Below, in pieces: positions 1-11,218 of a stretch of DNA of 64,000 bases. The translations under genes and the position numbers were made by a program. Source of the stretch: an uncultured Gemmatimonadales bacterium (GTDB lineage Bacteria; Gemmatimonadota; Gemmatimonadetes; Longimicrobiales; RSA9). Within the stretch, counting starts at the first letter, position 1. Each line of letters opens with the position of its first letter. The stretch is from positions 96,001-160,000 of the forward strand of contig CAWCRS010000010.1 in the NCBI GenBank assembly GCA_963798085.1, in the 5' to 3' direction. Under the pieces are notes generated by a model. That model was not told the DNA's origin and searched no databases. It worked only from the letters and a program-made list of their open reading frames with translations.

Positions 1-2181
1 TGCTCATGGTGCTGTACTTCATCAGCCTGCCCATCCTCTCGGCGCTGCACTTCGAGCACAACCTGTACCGCTACGCCAACACACCGAGCGACACGTACTC
101 CGACATGAACGGCTACGGCCACTTCGTGGCGCCGCTCCTGTGGTTCTCCGTCTACTGGAGCTTTGCCGCGCTCATCCTCGTGGGACTGTGCCACCTGTTC
201 TGGGTGCGCGGCCGCGAGACAGCCCTGCGCATGCGCCTGCGTCTCGCGCGACTGCGACTGCGCCCGCGTGTGCTGGCCTATCTGCTGGTTTCGCTGGCGG
301 GGTTCATGGTCACGGGCGGCTTCATCTACTACAACACCGACATCCTGAACCACTACACGCCTTCCAACGTGCTGCTGGACCGGCAGGCACACTACGAGAA
401 GGCCTTCAGGCAGTACGAGAAGCTGCCACAGCCGAAGATCGTGTCCGTCTACGCCGACGTGGACATCTATCCGGAGCGGCGCGCCGTGGACATCCGCGGG
501 CGTTACGTCATGCGCAACAAGACGACACAGCCCATTCAGGCGCTGCATGTCATCGTCAATCCGCGCGTGCAGATCCGCCGCCTGGAAGTGCCCGGCAAGG
601 TGAGCGAGACCACGGACTCACTGGCAGGCTACCACATCATTACGCTGGCACAGCCACTGCTGCCGGGCGACGACCTCACCGTGCCCTTCGAGCTGAGCCT
701 CGCCGAGCACGGCTTCGTGAATGGCAACTCCAACACGCAACCTGGTCTACAACGGCACGTTCTTCAACAACTTCGACTATTTCCCGCACATCGGCTACGA
801 GCACGGACTGGAAATCGGCGACCCCAACGAGCGCCGCCGCCGCGGTCTGCCGCCGCCGGAGCGTATGCCGAAGCTCGAAGACGATTCGGCGCGCATGAAC
901 AACTACATCACCCGCGAGTCCGACTGGATCGATTTCGAGACCACCGTCAGCACCAGTGCCGATCAGATCGCGCTGGCGCCCGGCTACCTGCAGAAGGAAT
1001 GGGTGGAAAACGGACGGCACTACTTTCACTACAAGATGGACGCACCCATCCTCGGCTTCTTCGCGTACCTGTCCGCGCGCTGGCAGGTCAAACGGGACTC
1101 GTGGAATGGCGTCGCCATCGAGATCTATTACGACGCACACCACGCGTACAACGTGGACCGCATGATCGATGCGGTGAAGAAGTCGCTCGCCTATTACACG
1201 GCCAACTTCGGACCGTACCAGCATCGCCAGGTGCGCATCGTCGAATTCCCGCGCTACGCAAACTTCGCGCAGTCGTTTCCCAACACGATCCCCTACTCCG
1301 AAGGCATCGGCTTCATCGCGAAAATCCAGAAACCCGACGATATCGACTTCGTCTTCTACGTCACGGCCCACGAGGTGGCACACCAGTGGTGGGCGCACCA
1401 GGTGATCGGCGGCAACGTGCAGGGCGCGACCGTCACCTCCGAGACCATGGCGCAGTACTCCGCGCTCATGGTCATGGAGAAGGAGTACGGCCCCGACCTG
1501 ATGCGCCGCTTCCTGAAATACGAGCTGGATGGCTACCTGCGCGGCCGAGGCGGCGAACGCATCGAGGAGCTGCCGCTGCTGCGCGTCGAGAACCAGCCGT
1601 ACATCCACTACAACAAGGGCAGCCTCATCATGTACGCCCTGCGTGACTACGTCGGCGAAGCCCCGCTGGATCACGCCCTGGCGGAATACATCAAGCGCGT
1701 CCGGTTCCAGCAGCCGCCCTACACCACATCACGGGAGCTGTTCGCCGCCATCCGCGCCGCCGCGCCACAACAGCAGGCGCTGTTCGACGACTTCTTCGAC
1801 CACATCGTGCTCTACGACAACCGCGCCTCCAGCGCCAGCTGGACGCGCCGGCCCGACGGCAGGTATGCCGTGCACCTCACTGTGGGCGCACGCAAATACC
1901 GCGCGTCCGGCCAGGGCGCCGAGACCGAGGCAGCCGTCGACGACTGGATCGACATCGGCGTGTTCGGCGCGAAACAGCCCGGCGGCCCCGACCCCGGCAA
2001 ACCCCTGCTCTTCGAAAAACACCACATTACGGCGAGCAGCACCGTCATCGACGTGATCGTCGACGAGGAGCCGAAACGCGCCGGCATCGACCCGTACAAC
2101 AAGCTCATCGACCGCAATCCGGACAACAACATCACCACTGTCAGCGCTGCAGCCACAGGCACGCCGGCCGCCGGACGGTGA
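1..2181 (+). CDS. ABC-2-type permease / M1 aminopeptidase fusion protein, 5' truncated by window; apparent frameshift near 738
   Basis: Hydrophobic TM segments in ORF 6..; continues in ORF 721..2181 with HEVAHQWW and downstream E (SETMAQY) gluzincin motif plus YNKG. Removing one base near 738 joins the frames. Confidence 0.85.
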
Positions 2182-2349
2182 AGGACGTGCCCTGCCGCTG
2201 CAACGGCCCTGTCGGCCTCACACACGCGGATTCTTCGGGGGAGGGGTCGGGTTGAGGGGTCGGACGCGGGCGCGCGCGCGCGTTGCGGGATGGGGAAGGC
2301 GGGAGGGGGAGGGAGGTGCGGCCGGTTCTTGCTGCCGATATGATTTGTG

Positions 2350-2378
2350 TTGACAAAGCAAAATATATGGTCTATCCT
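2350..2378 (+). promoter_or_regulatory. sigma70-type promoter with overlapping palindrome (possible MarR operator)
   Basis: TTGACA (2350-2355), 17-nt spacer, TATCCT (2373-2378) in an AT-rich patch; TTTGT-gttg-ACAAA inverted repeat covers the -35. Confidence 0.6.
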
Positions 2379-2407
2379 CGACAGCACGAACACCTGGACG
2401 GAGTCTG

Positions 2408-2878
2408 ATGCCGACGACTGATGTGGAGCGCGTGATGACGTTCTATCCGCGCATCTTCTTCGCCTGTCACACGCGCCACGTGCGGCACACGGAGTCGGGT
2501 GCGCTGCTCACGTCGCATCAGGCGAGCATCCTGGATCATCTGGATGAGCAGCATCCGATGAAGCTGGGCGAGCTGGCGGATCACATGGGTGTCACGCCGG
2601 GGACGATGTCGATCCATGTGGAGCGGCTGGTGCGCATGGGTTTCGTGAGTCGGCGGCGCAGCGACGCGGATGCGCGGCAGGTGGAGCTGCGGCTCACCGG
2701 GGACGGTGCGAGCGTGCGCGATGACAAGTCAGTGCTCGACGCATCTCTGGTGGATCGCATGCTCGCGCAATTGACGGCGGCCGAGCGGCGCGCCGCGATC
2801 AGGGGTCTGTCACTGCTGGCCAGGGCGGCAACCGCATCGCTGGCGGCCGGTGTGAAGAGGCGCCGGCAGGCCGGTTGA
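2408..2878 (+). CDS. MarR family transcriptional regulator
   Basis: LTSHQASIL...LGELADHMGVTPGTMSIHVERLVRMGFVSR...DARQVELRLT winged HTH; GGAG RBS. Confidence 0.9.
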   Translation: MPTTDVERVMTFYPRIFFACHTRHVRHTESGALLTSHQASILDHLDEQHPMKLGELADHMGVTPGTMSIHVERLVRMGFVSRRRSDADARQVELRLTGDGASVRDDKSVLDASLVDRMLAQLTAAERRAAIRGLSLLARAATASLAAGVKRRRQAG

Positions 2879-2909
2879 TGGGGGGCTCGCCGTCACGAGG
2901 GAGGAGCGC

Positions 2910-3440
2910 ATGCGCTGGATCTTGTGGACTGTGGCCGTTGTCGTCGGTCTGGTTGCGGCCACTGCGATTGTCGGATTGTTCCGGCCGAAGCGTCACACCG
3001 CGCGCACGCAGTCGCAGCTGGGCAAGGCGCCGGACGCCGTGTGGCGTGTGCTCGCGGATTACGAGCACTGGAGTGAGTGGCAGCCTGACGTGAAGCGCGT
3101 CGAGCGGCTGGCCGATCACGACGGCCACACCATGCTGAAGATGGTGGGCGGCTGGGGCGACATGCCCACGGAGATCACGGTGTCCGAGCCGCCGCGGCGG
3201 ATGGTGACGGAAGTGGATGGCGGCGCCTTCCGCGGCCGCTGGACGTACGAACTGGAGCCGACGGCGTCGGGTGGGTCACGCGTGACCATCACGGAAGAAG
3301 GCGAGGTTGATAATCCGCTGTTCCGAGCGATGATGCTCTTTCACGACAATTACGCGACAATGTTCGGCTACCATCGCGCGCTGGGGACGCGCCTCGGCGA
3401 GACTGTGCAGCCCGTGAAAGCCGATCTCGTCTCGAACTGA
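2910..3440 (+). CDS. SRPBCC (polyketide cyclase/START-like) family protein with N-terminal TM helix
   Basis: APDAVWRVLADYEHWSEWQPDV and WTYELEP...GSRVTITE patterns; GGAGGAG RBS. Confidence 0.85.
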   Translation: MRWILWTVAVVVGLVAATAIVGLFRPKRHTARTQSQLGKAPDAVWRVLADYEHWSEWQPDVKRVERLADHDGHTMLKMVGGWGDMPTEITVSEPPRRMVTEVDGGAFRGRWTYELEPTASGGSRVTITEEGEVDNPLFRAMMLFHDNYATMFGYHRALGTRLGETVQPVKADLVSN

Positions 3441-3476
3441 CGACGCTTTCAGTCGCGAGCACGGCCAGTCCTCGTA

Positions 3477-6400
3477 TCATCGAGTGTGATGCTGTGGCTG
3501 CAGCGCGTCCTCGCGCAGCACGGCATCCAGCGTGCCGACCAGGCGATTGGCGTCGTCGCAGCCGAAGACCAGCGGCGGCTTGATCTTGAGCACGTTGTGG
3601 AACGGTCCGTCGGTGCTGATCAGGATGCCTGACTCGCGCATGCGGTTGGCGACGTGGGCTGCGTGCCGGCCGGCGGGCTCGCGCGTTGCGCGGTCACGCA
3701 CCAGCTCGACACCCACATAGAGCCCGCGGCCGCGCACGTCGCCGATCCGCTCGTGCGTCCGCATCAGCGCACGCAGTCCTGCCTGCAGCTGCTCGCCGGT
3801 GCGCAGCGCGTTGCTCTGCAGCTGCTCGACCTCGATCACATCCAGCACCGCCATGCCTACCGCGCACGACACCGGGTTTCCACCGAAGGTGTTGAAGTAC
3901 TCCATGCCGTTGGCGAATAATGCGGCGATTGCAGGCGACGTGATCACCGCGCCCAGCGGGTGCCCGTTGCCGATGGGTTTACCGACGGTGACAATGTCCG
4001 GGAGCGCGTTCTGCTCCTGGAACGCCCAGAAGTGAGAGCCAACGCGGCCCATTCCAGTCTGCACCTCATCCGCCACGCACACGCCGCCCGCCGCGCGCAC
4101 CGCGGCGAATGCTTGAGCGAGGAACCCCGCGGGCGGCACGATCTGGCCGGCGCATCCGGGCAGCGCCTCGGCGAAGAACGCGCCAATGGGCCGACCCGCC
4201 TCCCGTGCCTCGGCCATCGCCCTTTCGACGGCAGCCGCGTACAGGTGACCGGCCTCCGCATCGTTGCCGCGGAACGGACCGCGATAAGGATCGGGCGCGG
4301 GCGCGACGTGCACGTGCGCCGCGCGTCCCTCTCCGCCGGGTCCGTTGAACTTGTAGGGACTCAGCTCGATGAGCGCGCTGGTGTTGCCGTGGTACGCGCC
4401 GTCCAGCACCAGCACGTCGTGTCGCGCCGTATGCGCCCTCGCCATGCGCAGGGCCAGCTCGTTGGCTTCGCTGCCGGAGCAGACGAAGAAGCAGACGCGC
4501 AGCGGTTCCGGCAGTGTCGCGCTCAGTCGCTCGGCGTAGCGCACGAGGTTCTCGTGCAGGTAGCGCGTGTTGGTGTTCAGCACGCGGCTCTGGCGCTCGA
4601 GGGCCGCGACCACGTGCGGATGGCAGTGGCCGACATGCGCCACGTTGTTGACGGCGTCGAGGAAGGGCTGGCCGGCTTCGTCGTACAGGAACTGACGCCA
4701 GCCGCGCACCATGGTGAGCGGCCTGCGGTAGGCAATGCTGAGCGCGCTGCCAATGCTGCGGTCGCGCCGTTGCCGCAGCGTGCCGGCATCGGGCGAAGCG
4801 GCCGGGTGCAACCCGGGCAGTCTTAACAGCAGGTTGGGATCGGGCGAGAGCGCCAGCCACAGCGCGCGCTGGCCGGGGCGGGCCACACCGGGAAAGGTGC
4901 CTTCGAACCCGAACAGATCGGTGACCACCTGCACGTGCAGGTGCGGCGGCCAGCCGCCGTTGCCCGGCTGCCGGCCCACCTCGCCAATGCGCTGTCCGCG
5001 CTCGACCGGTTCCCCCGCCCGCAGCCCGGACAGGCAGTCCGGTGACAGGTGACCGTACAGCGTCCAGAAGGTCAGGCCATCGGCAACCGTGTGGCGCAGG
5101 ATGATGGTGGGGCCGTAGTCGAGCAGGCCGGCATTGTCCTGTACACTCTCCACAATGCCGGCGAGTGGTGCGAACACGTCTGTTCCGGCCGTGACGAACA
5201 GGTCGATGCCCAGGTGCACGGTCCGCCATTCGGGTCCGTGCGCAGTTTCCACGCGGAACGCATCCGTCGTGTACCAGCGCCTGACTTCATCGTAGCGCCC
5301 GATGCCGATGTCGGCGCCTGCCGCGTGCATGGCGCCGAAGATGGCGCGATCCCACCCGCCCAGGTCGCTCGCATCGGCGGGTCCTTCCGGAAGCGTGTCC
5401 GCAATGCCCAGCTCGAGAGTCAGCAGCTCCGGCGCCGCCGGCGGAACGCCGAGTACGGGAAAGGCATCGTCGCCTTCGTTCTTCAACCACTGGGAAACGC
5501 GTACCGCGTGAGCGCTGGGCGGCAGCCCGCAGGCCTGGCGCAGCACGCAGGCGGCGAAGCGCGGGTGCACGCCGGCCAGGCGCTCGAGGCAGGCCCAGGC
5601 CGGCGCCTCGCTCACAGACAGGTAGACATTCTCCGGATGCTGGCGCCGCTGTTCCGCGGACAGCACGACGCTCATGCAGAGACGCAGGCAGAGCAGCGGG
5701 AAGAGCGCCTCGATTTCCACTTCCGGCAGCGGGCAAACAGCGTGATAGCCATGCACCACATGCGCGGCCGTGCTCACCGGATCCGGAGAGTCCAATGCTG
5801 CGTACGCGGCGGCAATGGCCACTTCACCGGCGATCCAGGAGTGCATCACATCGCCGAAATCGAGCAGGCCGGTGACCCCGATCGGCTTCTGCGGATCGTC
5901 CGCGTCCAGCTCGCCGACCAGGATGTTGTAGTCGTTACCATCACCATGGATCACGCCCGTGCGCAATGCTGCGAACCGATCGCCGGACATATCGAACAGT
6001 TGCAGAAACGACTCGACGCGGGCGCGGCGCACGCGATCGGAGATGGCACCCAGGTGGGTGGCAATCACGGTGCGGCCCTGGCGCAGATCCCAGTACAGCT
6101 CGCGCTGCGCGCCCGGGTGGGTGAATCCCTCGAGCGCGCGATCCACCTCGCCCATCAGCGCGCCCACAGCGGTGAGCAAATCCGGTGTCAGGGGTCGCGT
6201 CCCTGCGAGTGGCCGTCCCGGCACCCAGTCGAGCAGGCGCACCGCGTGGGTTGCACCGGCCGCCGTGGTGAACCGGCCGGTCGCTTCGCCGGCGTGCGTG
6301 CGCAGCAGGCGAGGAAAGCGGAACCGCGAGGTCACGCCGGCCAGGCGATCGAGCAGCTGGTTCTGGCAGTCCAGCAGGCCGGGGTCTTCATTGGTCTGCG

Positions 6401-6614
6401 AGAACTTGAGCACGAAGTCGCCGCGCTCCGTGCGCAGCCGGAAATTCTGATCGCGCTCCGAGGGCAGAGGCTCCGGCGTCGCCTGCAATCCGTAGAGCTG
6501 GAACGCCACCGTGGCCGCTTCCAGGGCGCTCAACCGGGGCGGCCTGTGCCCCTCGCCGGTCGGACTAACAGTGGATTCAATGCCCGCCAGGGCGCGGCCT
6601 GCGCCCGTGCTCAT
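3477..6614 (-). CDS. phosphotransferase (APH/hydroxylysine kinase-like) + M23-like domain + class III aminotransferase fusion
   Basis: [10 protein letters not shown] and DFGD kinase motifs; HLGIDL and PPHLH M23 motifs; DEVQTGMGR and [12 protein letters not shown] motifs. Start codon uncertain. Confidence 0.88.
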   Translation of the reverse strand: MSTGAGRALAGIESTVSPTGEGHRPPRLSALEAATVAFQLYGLQATPEPLPSERDQNFRLRTERGDFVLKFSQTNEDPGLLDCQNQLLDRLAGVTSRFRFPRLLRTHAGEATGRFTTAAGATHAVRLLDWVPGRPLAGTRPLTPDLLTAVGALMGEVDRALEGFTHPGAQRELYWDLRQGRTVIATHLGAISDRVRRARVESFLQLFDMSGDRFAALRTGVIHGDGNDYNILVGELDADDPQKPIGVTGLLDFGDVMHSWIAGEVAIAAAYAALDSPDPVSTAAHVVHGYHAVCPLPEVEIEALFPLLCLRLCMSVVLSAEQRRQHPENVYLSVSEAPAWACLERLAGVHPRFAACVLRQACGLPPSAHAVRVSQWLKNEGDDAFPVLGVPPAAPELLTLELGIADTLPEGPADASDLGGWDRAIFGAMHAAGADIGIGRYDEVRRWYTTDAFRVETAHGPEWRTVHLGIDLFVTAGTDVFAPLAGIVESVQDNAGLLDYGPTIILRHTVADGLTFWTLYGHLSPDCLSGLRAGEPVERGQRIGEVGRQPGNGGWPPHLHVQVVTDLFGFEGTFPGVARPGQRALWLALSPDPNLLLRLPGLHPAASPDAGTLRQRRDRSIGSALSIAYRRPLTMVRGWRQFLYDEAGQPFLDAVNNVAHVGHCHPHVVAALERQSRVLNTNTRYLHENLVRYAERLSATLPEPLRVCFFVCSGSEANELALRMARAHTARHDVLVLDGAYHGNTSALIELSPYKFNGPGGEGRAAHVHVAPAPDPYRGPFRGNDAEAGHLYAAAVERAMAEAREAGRPIGAFFAEALPGCAGQIVPPAGFLAQAFAAVRAAGGVCVADEVQTGMGRVGSHFWAFQEQNALPDIVTVGKPIGNGHPLGAVITSPAIAALFANGMEYFNTFGGNPVSCAVGMAVLDVIEVEQLQSNALRTGEQLQAGLRALMRTHERIGDVRGRGLYVGVELVRDRATREPAGRHAAHVANRMRESGILISTDGPFHNVLKIKPPLVFGCDDANRLVGTLDAVLREDALQPQHHTR

Positions 6615-7415
6615 GCGCCAGACCGCTGCGCTGTCAGACGGGCCGACATTCCACTGCGAAGCGGCCCGCTGGCAGTGTGCCGGGAGCGGTCGCCGTGAGA
6701 CCGGTGGCGCGGGCCAGAGGCATGAATTCGTCGAGCACCCAATGGCATCCATGGCGGGGCGACAGAGCGGCCTGAAGCTGCGCTTCGGCCCTGGTCGCGT
6801 CAAATGACAAGCACATGGCAGACGAGAACTCGCTCGGGATGCAGGCGGGGGTGCTTCCCTGCAATTGCCTGAACTTCAGCCGGGCGGGCGGGCGGGGGAA
6901 GGGTGCGCAAGTCGTTGGCGCCGACGCCTCACAGCATGTCGGGTTGCATATCTACGGGGGATTCCCTACCGTGCCGGAGAGGAAAACCTAATGTCGCGCC
7001 GTGTTGCGGCGTCTAACTTGACGCTCAAGCTGTGGGAACGAGGCTCGTGCGCACGATGCCTGAGGGCAGGCGTGGCCGGCCCGGGTTCTGCGGTTCGGAC
7101 TGCCGAACGACAATCCGAGCGGCTTCCCGAGCACTTCGGGAGGGAGCATGTGGCTGGCTCCGCGCGTGTTGTGGAATGCTGGTCTCCGGTGGGTCACTGA
7201 CGCTCTCGCGGGCGGACCGATCGTCGACCGTGCTGCAGTGCATGCGCTCCTGAAACACCTGCTCATCCATCCTGTTGCCATTCCATTCGTCGCCAATCCG
7301 TTGCTGGATCTGCCATGCATTGCGCTTCTGCAGGCAACGCACGAGCGGCCAGCGCGGTGCGCCATATCAGCACGACCGGCTGCCTGCCGGCCGCTCTTCG
7401 GAAGGGAGGGCGTAC

Positions 7416-8846
7416 ATGTATAGGGGTCGATGGAGTCTGGCTGCAGGTGCGCTCGTGTTTTCCGGACTGCTGGCTTCCGCCTGCGTGCGTACGGAGCGGG
7501 TGCTGGTGGACATTCCGCCCTACGAGAATCCGCCCACTGCCGCGCAGGGCTTCCTGGGTTACACCAACAGTGCGACCTCCAAACAGCCCGTTTGCGGCAA
7601 CTGCCACATCGGCCACTTCGAGGCGTGGAAGGGCACGCGGCATGCCAGCGCCTGGACGGACCTGCAGGCCAGCGGGCATGCGACCAATGCCTGCAACAAC
7701 TGCCATTCCGTGAGCGCGAACGGCAATCGGGTCACTGACTCCCTGGTTGCGTATGCGGCCACGAAGGACAAGCGGTACCAGGATGTGCAGTGTGAGAACT
7801 GCCATGGACCGGGGCTCGAGCATGTGACCAACCCGGACGCGACGCAGCCGCTGGCGTCCATCGTGGTGGGGACCGATCTCACCAGCGGTTGTGGCGAGTG
7901 TCATCGGGGAACGCACACGCCGTTCATCGAGGAGTGGACGCAGTCCGCTCACAACAACAAGCACGCGTCGCCGCAGACCAACGCCTCGTGCGTGCAGTGC
8001 CACGAGGCGCGCGGCATCTTCGCTGCCTGGGGCGTGAACACCAACTATCTGGAGAAGAACCAGACGACGCCGATCAACATCGGGTGTCCGGTCTGCCACG
8101 ACCCGCACGAACGGCGCAATCCGCATCAGCTCCGGTTCCCGATCAGCGATCCCAATGTCGACACCAACCTGTGCATGAAGTGTCATCACCGCCGGAGTGA
8201 GCCTGACCCGACCAAGGCCTCTTCCGGGCCGCACTCGCCGCAGGGGCCCCTGCTCCTGGGCGAGAGCGTCGGCTGGGTACCCCCTAACTTCACCTACACG
8301 GACAAGATCATCGGCACCCACGGCACGGAGGCGAACCCCGAGCTCTGCGCCGGCTGTCACGTCAGCGCTTTCAATGTGACGGACCCGGCCAGCGGCAACC
8401 TGGTGTTCCACGCCACCGGTCACCTGTTCAATGCGATCCCCTGCCTGGATTCGCAGGGAAAGCCGACGACATCCGACACCTGCCAGCTCTCCGAGCGCAC
8501 GTTCAAGGCCTGTGCCGCGAGCAGCTGTCACGGCACCGAGAGCGCAGCCCGCTCCGCGCTCACGGTGGCCCGCGGTCGCATTGACGATCTGGTCACTTCG
8601 CTCAACGCGCTGCTGAGCCGCGTCCCCAAGACGGAATTCGACGATAACGACGGCAAGCTGACGACAGCGGAGGGCGCCAAGTTCAATTCGGCGCTGGGCG
8701 CAATGGACGGCGCACCCATCCACAATCCGTTCCTGGTGGAGGCGCTGCTCACGGCCAGTATCAAGCAGGTCATGACCGATTACGGGCTGCAGGCTCCGCC
8801 CAGCCTCATCCTGGAGGACGTGCTGAGGGTGGAGGCCAGGCAGTAA
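7416..8846 (+). CDS. multiheme c-type cytochrome lipoprotein (8 CxxCH + 1 CX4CH)
   Basis: GGAGG RBS before ATG 7416; lipobox LASAC; CGNCH, CNNCH, CENCH, CGECH, CVQCH, CPVCH, CMKCH, CAGCH, CAASSCH; helical C-terminus with GAPIHNP. Confidence 0.92.
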   Translation: MYRGRWSLAAGALVFSGLLASACVRTERVLVDIPPYENPPTAAQGFLGYTNSATSKQPVCGNCHIGHFEAWKGTRHASAWTDLQASGHATNACNNCHSVSANGNRVTDSLVAYAATKDKRYQDVQCENCHGPGLEHVTNPDATQPLASIVVGTDLTSGCGECHRGTHTPFIEEWTQSAHNNKHASPQTNASCVQCHEARGIFAAWGVNTNYLEKNQTTPINIGCPVCHDPHERRNPHQLRFPISDPNVDTNLCMKCHHRRSEPDPTKASSGPHSPQGPLLLGESVGWVPPNFTYTDKIIGTHGTEANPELCAGCHVSAFNVTDPASGNLVFHATGHLFNAIPCLDSQGKPTTSDTCQLSERTFKACAASSCHGTESAARSALTVARGRIDDLVTSLNALLSRVPKTEFDDNDGKLTTAEGAKFNSALGAMDGAPIHNPFLVEALLTASIKQVMTDYGLQAPPSLILEDVLRVEARQ

Positions 8847-8908
8847 AGCAGCCCCGGATCGACGCAGACGAGCACACCCTGTTCGCAGGGAGGGACCTCG
8901 TATCAGCG

Positions 8909-9742
8909 ATGAGGCAGGCATCGCGGGCGGTGGCCGTCCTGGCGCTGGCACTAACCGCGTGTCAGAAGGCCGCCGCCCCTCCGGCGCAGGCTGGTGCTGA
9001 TTCGACCGCGGCAGCCGCGGCAACGGACACGGCGCCGGCCAGGGCGATCACGCCCATTCCCTTCGTCATGCGCACGAACCCGAACCGGTTCGCGCACTAC
9101 GCGCATCGTGGCGTCTCCTGCAGCACCTGTCACCCGGCGGTACCCGGCCACGGCAGGCACGGCGCGCTGGCCTGCTCCGAGTGCCACGAGCAGATCGGCG
9201 CCACCGCGACGGCAGCGCCGGTTACTTCCGTCGAGTGCAACGCCTGCCATCACGCCGCCGACCAGGCACGACCCTGCCTCGAGTGTCACGGCAGCGCACC
9301 GGCGGGCCCACTCGCCGTGCGCACGGCAGTGCGCGTGTCGGTGCGCCCGGCCACGGAGGAGCGCAGCCTCACCTTTGATCACGCGCGGCATCAGAGTCTG
9401 GCCTGTGGTGAATGCCATGCGGACAAGCCGCACGTGGGTGCGCCCCGACCCTGCAGCGCGTGTCATGATCGGCATCACCGGCCCGATGCGCAGTGTTCGT
9501 CGTGTCACCAGGCGGCGCTGCTGCCCATGCATGATCGCTCAGCCCACCGTGGCTGCGGGGGCAGTGGCTGCCATCAGGATCCGGTGGTAGCCAGCCTGCC
9601 GCTGACCCGTCCGGTGTGTCTCGTGTGTCATCGCGATCGGCAGGATCACGAGCCCGGCGAGAATTGCGCACGCTGCCATCTCCTGAGCACAGGCGACGGA
9701 CCGCGCAGCATTCCGGCCGCGCCGCGCGGGGAAGGGCGTTGA
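8909..9742 (+). CDS. multiheme c-type cytochrome lipoprotein (9 CxxCH + 1 CX4CH), cytochrome c3/c7-like
   Basis: Lipobox LALTAC; Ala-rich linker; FAHYAH and FDHARH c3-type motifs; 9 CxxCH plus CGGSGCH. Confidence 0.92.
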   Translation: MRQASRAVAVLALALTACQKAAAPPAQAGADSTAAAAATDTAPARAITPIPFVMRTNPNRFAHYAHRGVSCSTCHPAVPGHGRHGALACSECHEQIGATATAAPVTSVECNACHHAADQARPCLECHGSAPAGPLAVRTAVRVSVRPATEERSLTFDHARHQSLACGECHADKPHVGAPRPCSACHDRHHRPDAQCSSCHQAALLPMHDRSAHRGCGGSGCHQDPVVASLPLTRPVCLVCHRDRQDHEPGENCARCHLLSTGDGPRSIPAAPRGEGR

Positions 9743-11218
9743 TGCGACACCGCTCGAGCCTGGTGTTCGCCCTGGCTCTCTGGTCCGTCGCGGCCTCACG
9801 CGCAACTGCACAGAGCGCGCGCATTACCGGTGTGACCAGCATGCAGTACGTGCAGCTGCGTCCACTCGTGGAAGACAGTGTGTCCGTGCTGGACGCCATC
9901 GGTGATGGCCTCATCCGGCGCACGGCGAATGGACAGCTGGTGCGCTGCGTGACCGGTGTGCCGTACTGCCAGTTCACGCGCTCGGCGGCACGCACGGAAG
10001 TCGTACCCGTGATCCAGGACATCACGGTGAGCGCATGGGGCATTGGTCGCGGCGTACGCGTGTATGCGCAGCTGCGCACACGCGCCGCCGTGGGCGGTCG
10101 CAACGAACTCTGGCCGCAGGCGAATGATGCATTCGATGCACTCTCCGCATATGTCGAGCTGGATCGCACGCGCTTCCGTTTGCGGGGCGGCCGGCAATGG
10201 AAGACGTCGGGACTCGGCTACTACAACTTCAATGGTGCGTCGGTGCTGTTGCGCGCGCTGCCCGGCCTTTCTCTGGAGGCCTTTGGAGGCTGGAGCCTGG
10301 TTCGTGGTATCAACGAGCCCCTTACCAGCGAGTCGCTGACGGCGATCGAGGCATTCGCACCGAATGCGCGGTCCCTTCTCCTGGGCGCGCAGGCAAGCTA
10401 CCGGCCGGCGGCTTCACTCGGCCTGGGCGCACTCTACCAGCGCGAGATCCGCAGTGACCGTCTCGGCCTGTACACGGAGCGTCTGGCCACCAATGGCGTG
10501 TGGCGCTGGCGGCGCGGCTCCGTCAGCGCATCCATGCAGGCTGATCTCGCATCCCGCGAAGTGAATGATCGGGCGGTTGACCACCCGCTTCATTGTAAGC
10601 GACGCCATCAGTGCCAGCGCATTCGTGCGCACATACCGCCCGTTCTTCGAGCTGTGGACCATCTGGGGCGCGTTCGAGCCGGTCGGCTTCACGGAAGCGG
10701 GTGTTGGCGGATCATGGCAGGACCCGAAGAACGCACTCGTGCTGAACCTCGACGTCGCGCGTCGCGGGTACGCGGACACGCACACCAGCACGGCCTTCGG
10801 CACCTACGAATCATCGGGCTGGACCGCCGCAGCGACCGGGTCGCTGCGGGCAAGGCGCGACTGGTTGGTGCAGGGTGATTATCGCATTGACTTCGGCTTC
10901 GGCGCCTCGCGCAGTGAGGCGAGCCTGCGCGTCCAGCGTGACATCGCGGATGGCACGTATGTAGGCGCCAGCGTCATGGGATTCCAGCAGCAGTTCGAGT
11001 TCCGGGTGGCTGATGGCACCGTGTTCGGTGCGGGCGCCGATGGTGCCCTGCGACTGGGGCCGCGCACACGGCTGAGCGCTTCCCTGTTGAACTACTGGCA
11101 TCGCGGCACCAGCGGATTGCCTGACGTGGACTGGGGTCAGTTGCGCGGGCGGCTGCAGTTCGAGTGGACCATCGGGCCGGAGCCGGGAGTACGCCTGGCC
11201 GGCGGAGGTACCCAATGA
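9742..11218 (+). CDS. putative outer-membrane beta-barrel (porin); apparent frameshift near 10570
   Basis: Signal peptide MRHRSSLVFALALWSVAASRATAQ; alternating amphipathic strands and a RGGRQW motif; ATG overlaps upstream TGA; frames 9616 and 10565 join if one base is removed near 10570; ~490 aa. Confidence 0.75.

Noticed and set aside
2225..2320. G-rich low-complexity tract as ncRNA or G-quadruplex
   Set aside because: No defined structure or family can be supported; it resembles generic intergenic low-complexity sequence.
7010..7035. FNR box upstream of the cytochrome operon
   Set aside because: TTGA-CGC-TCAA has the wrong spacing compared with TTGAT-N4-ATCAA.
7416..8846. Canonical NrfA nitrite reductase
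   Set aside because: No CxxCK active-site motif, nine rather than five heme sites, and no nrfH or nrfBCD neighbours.
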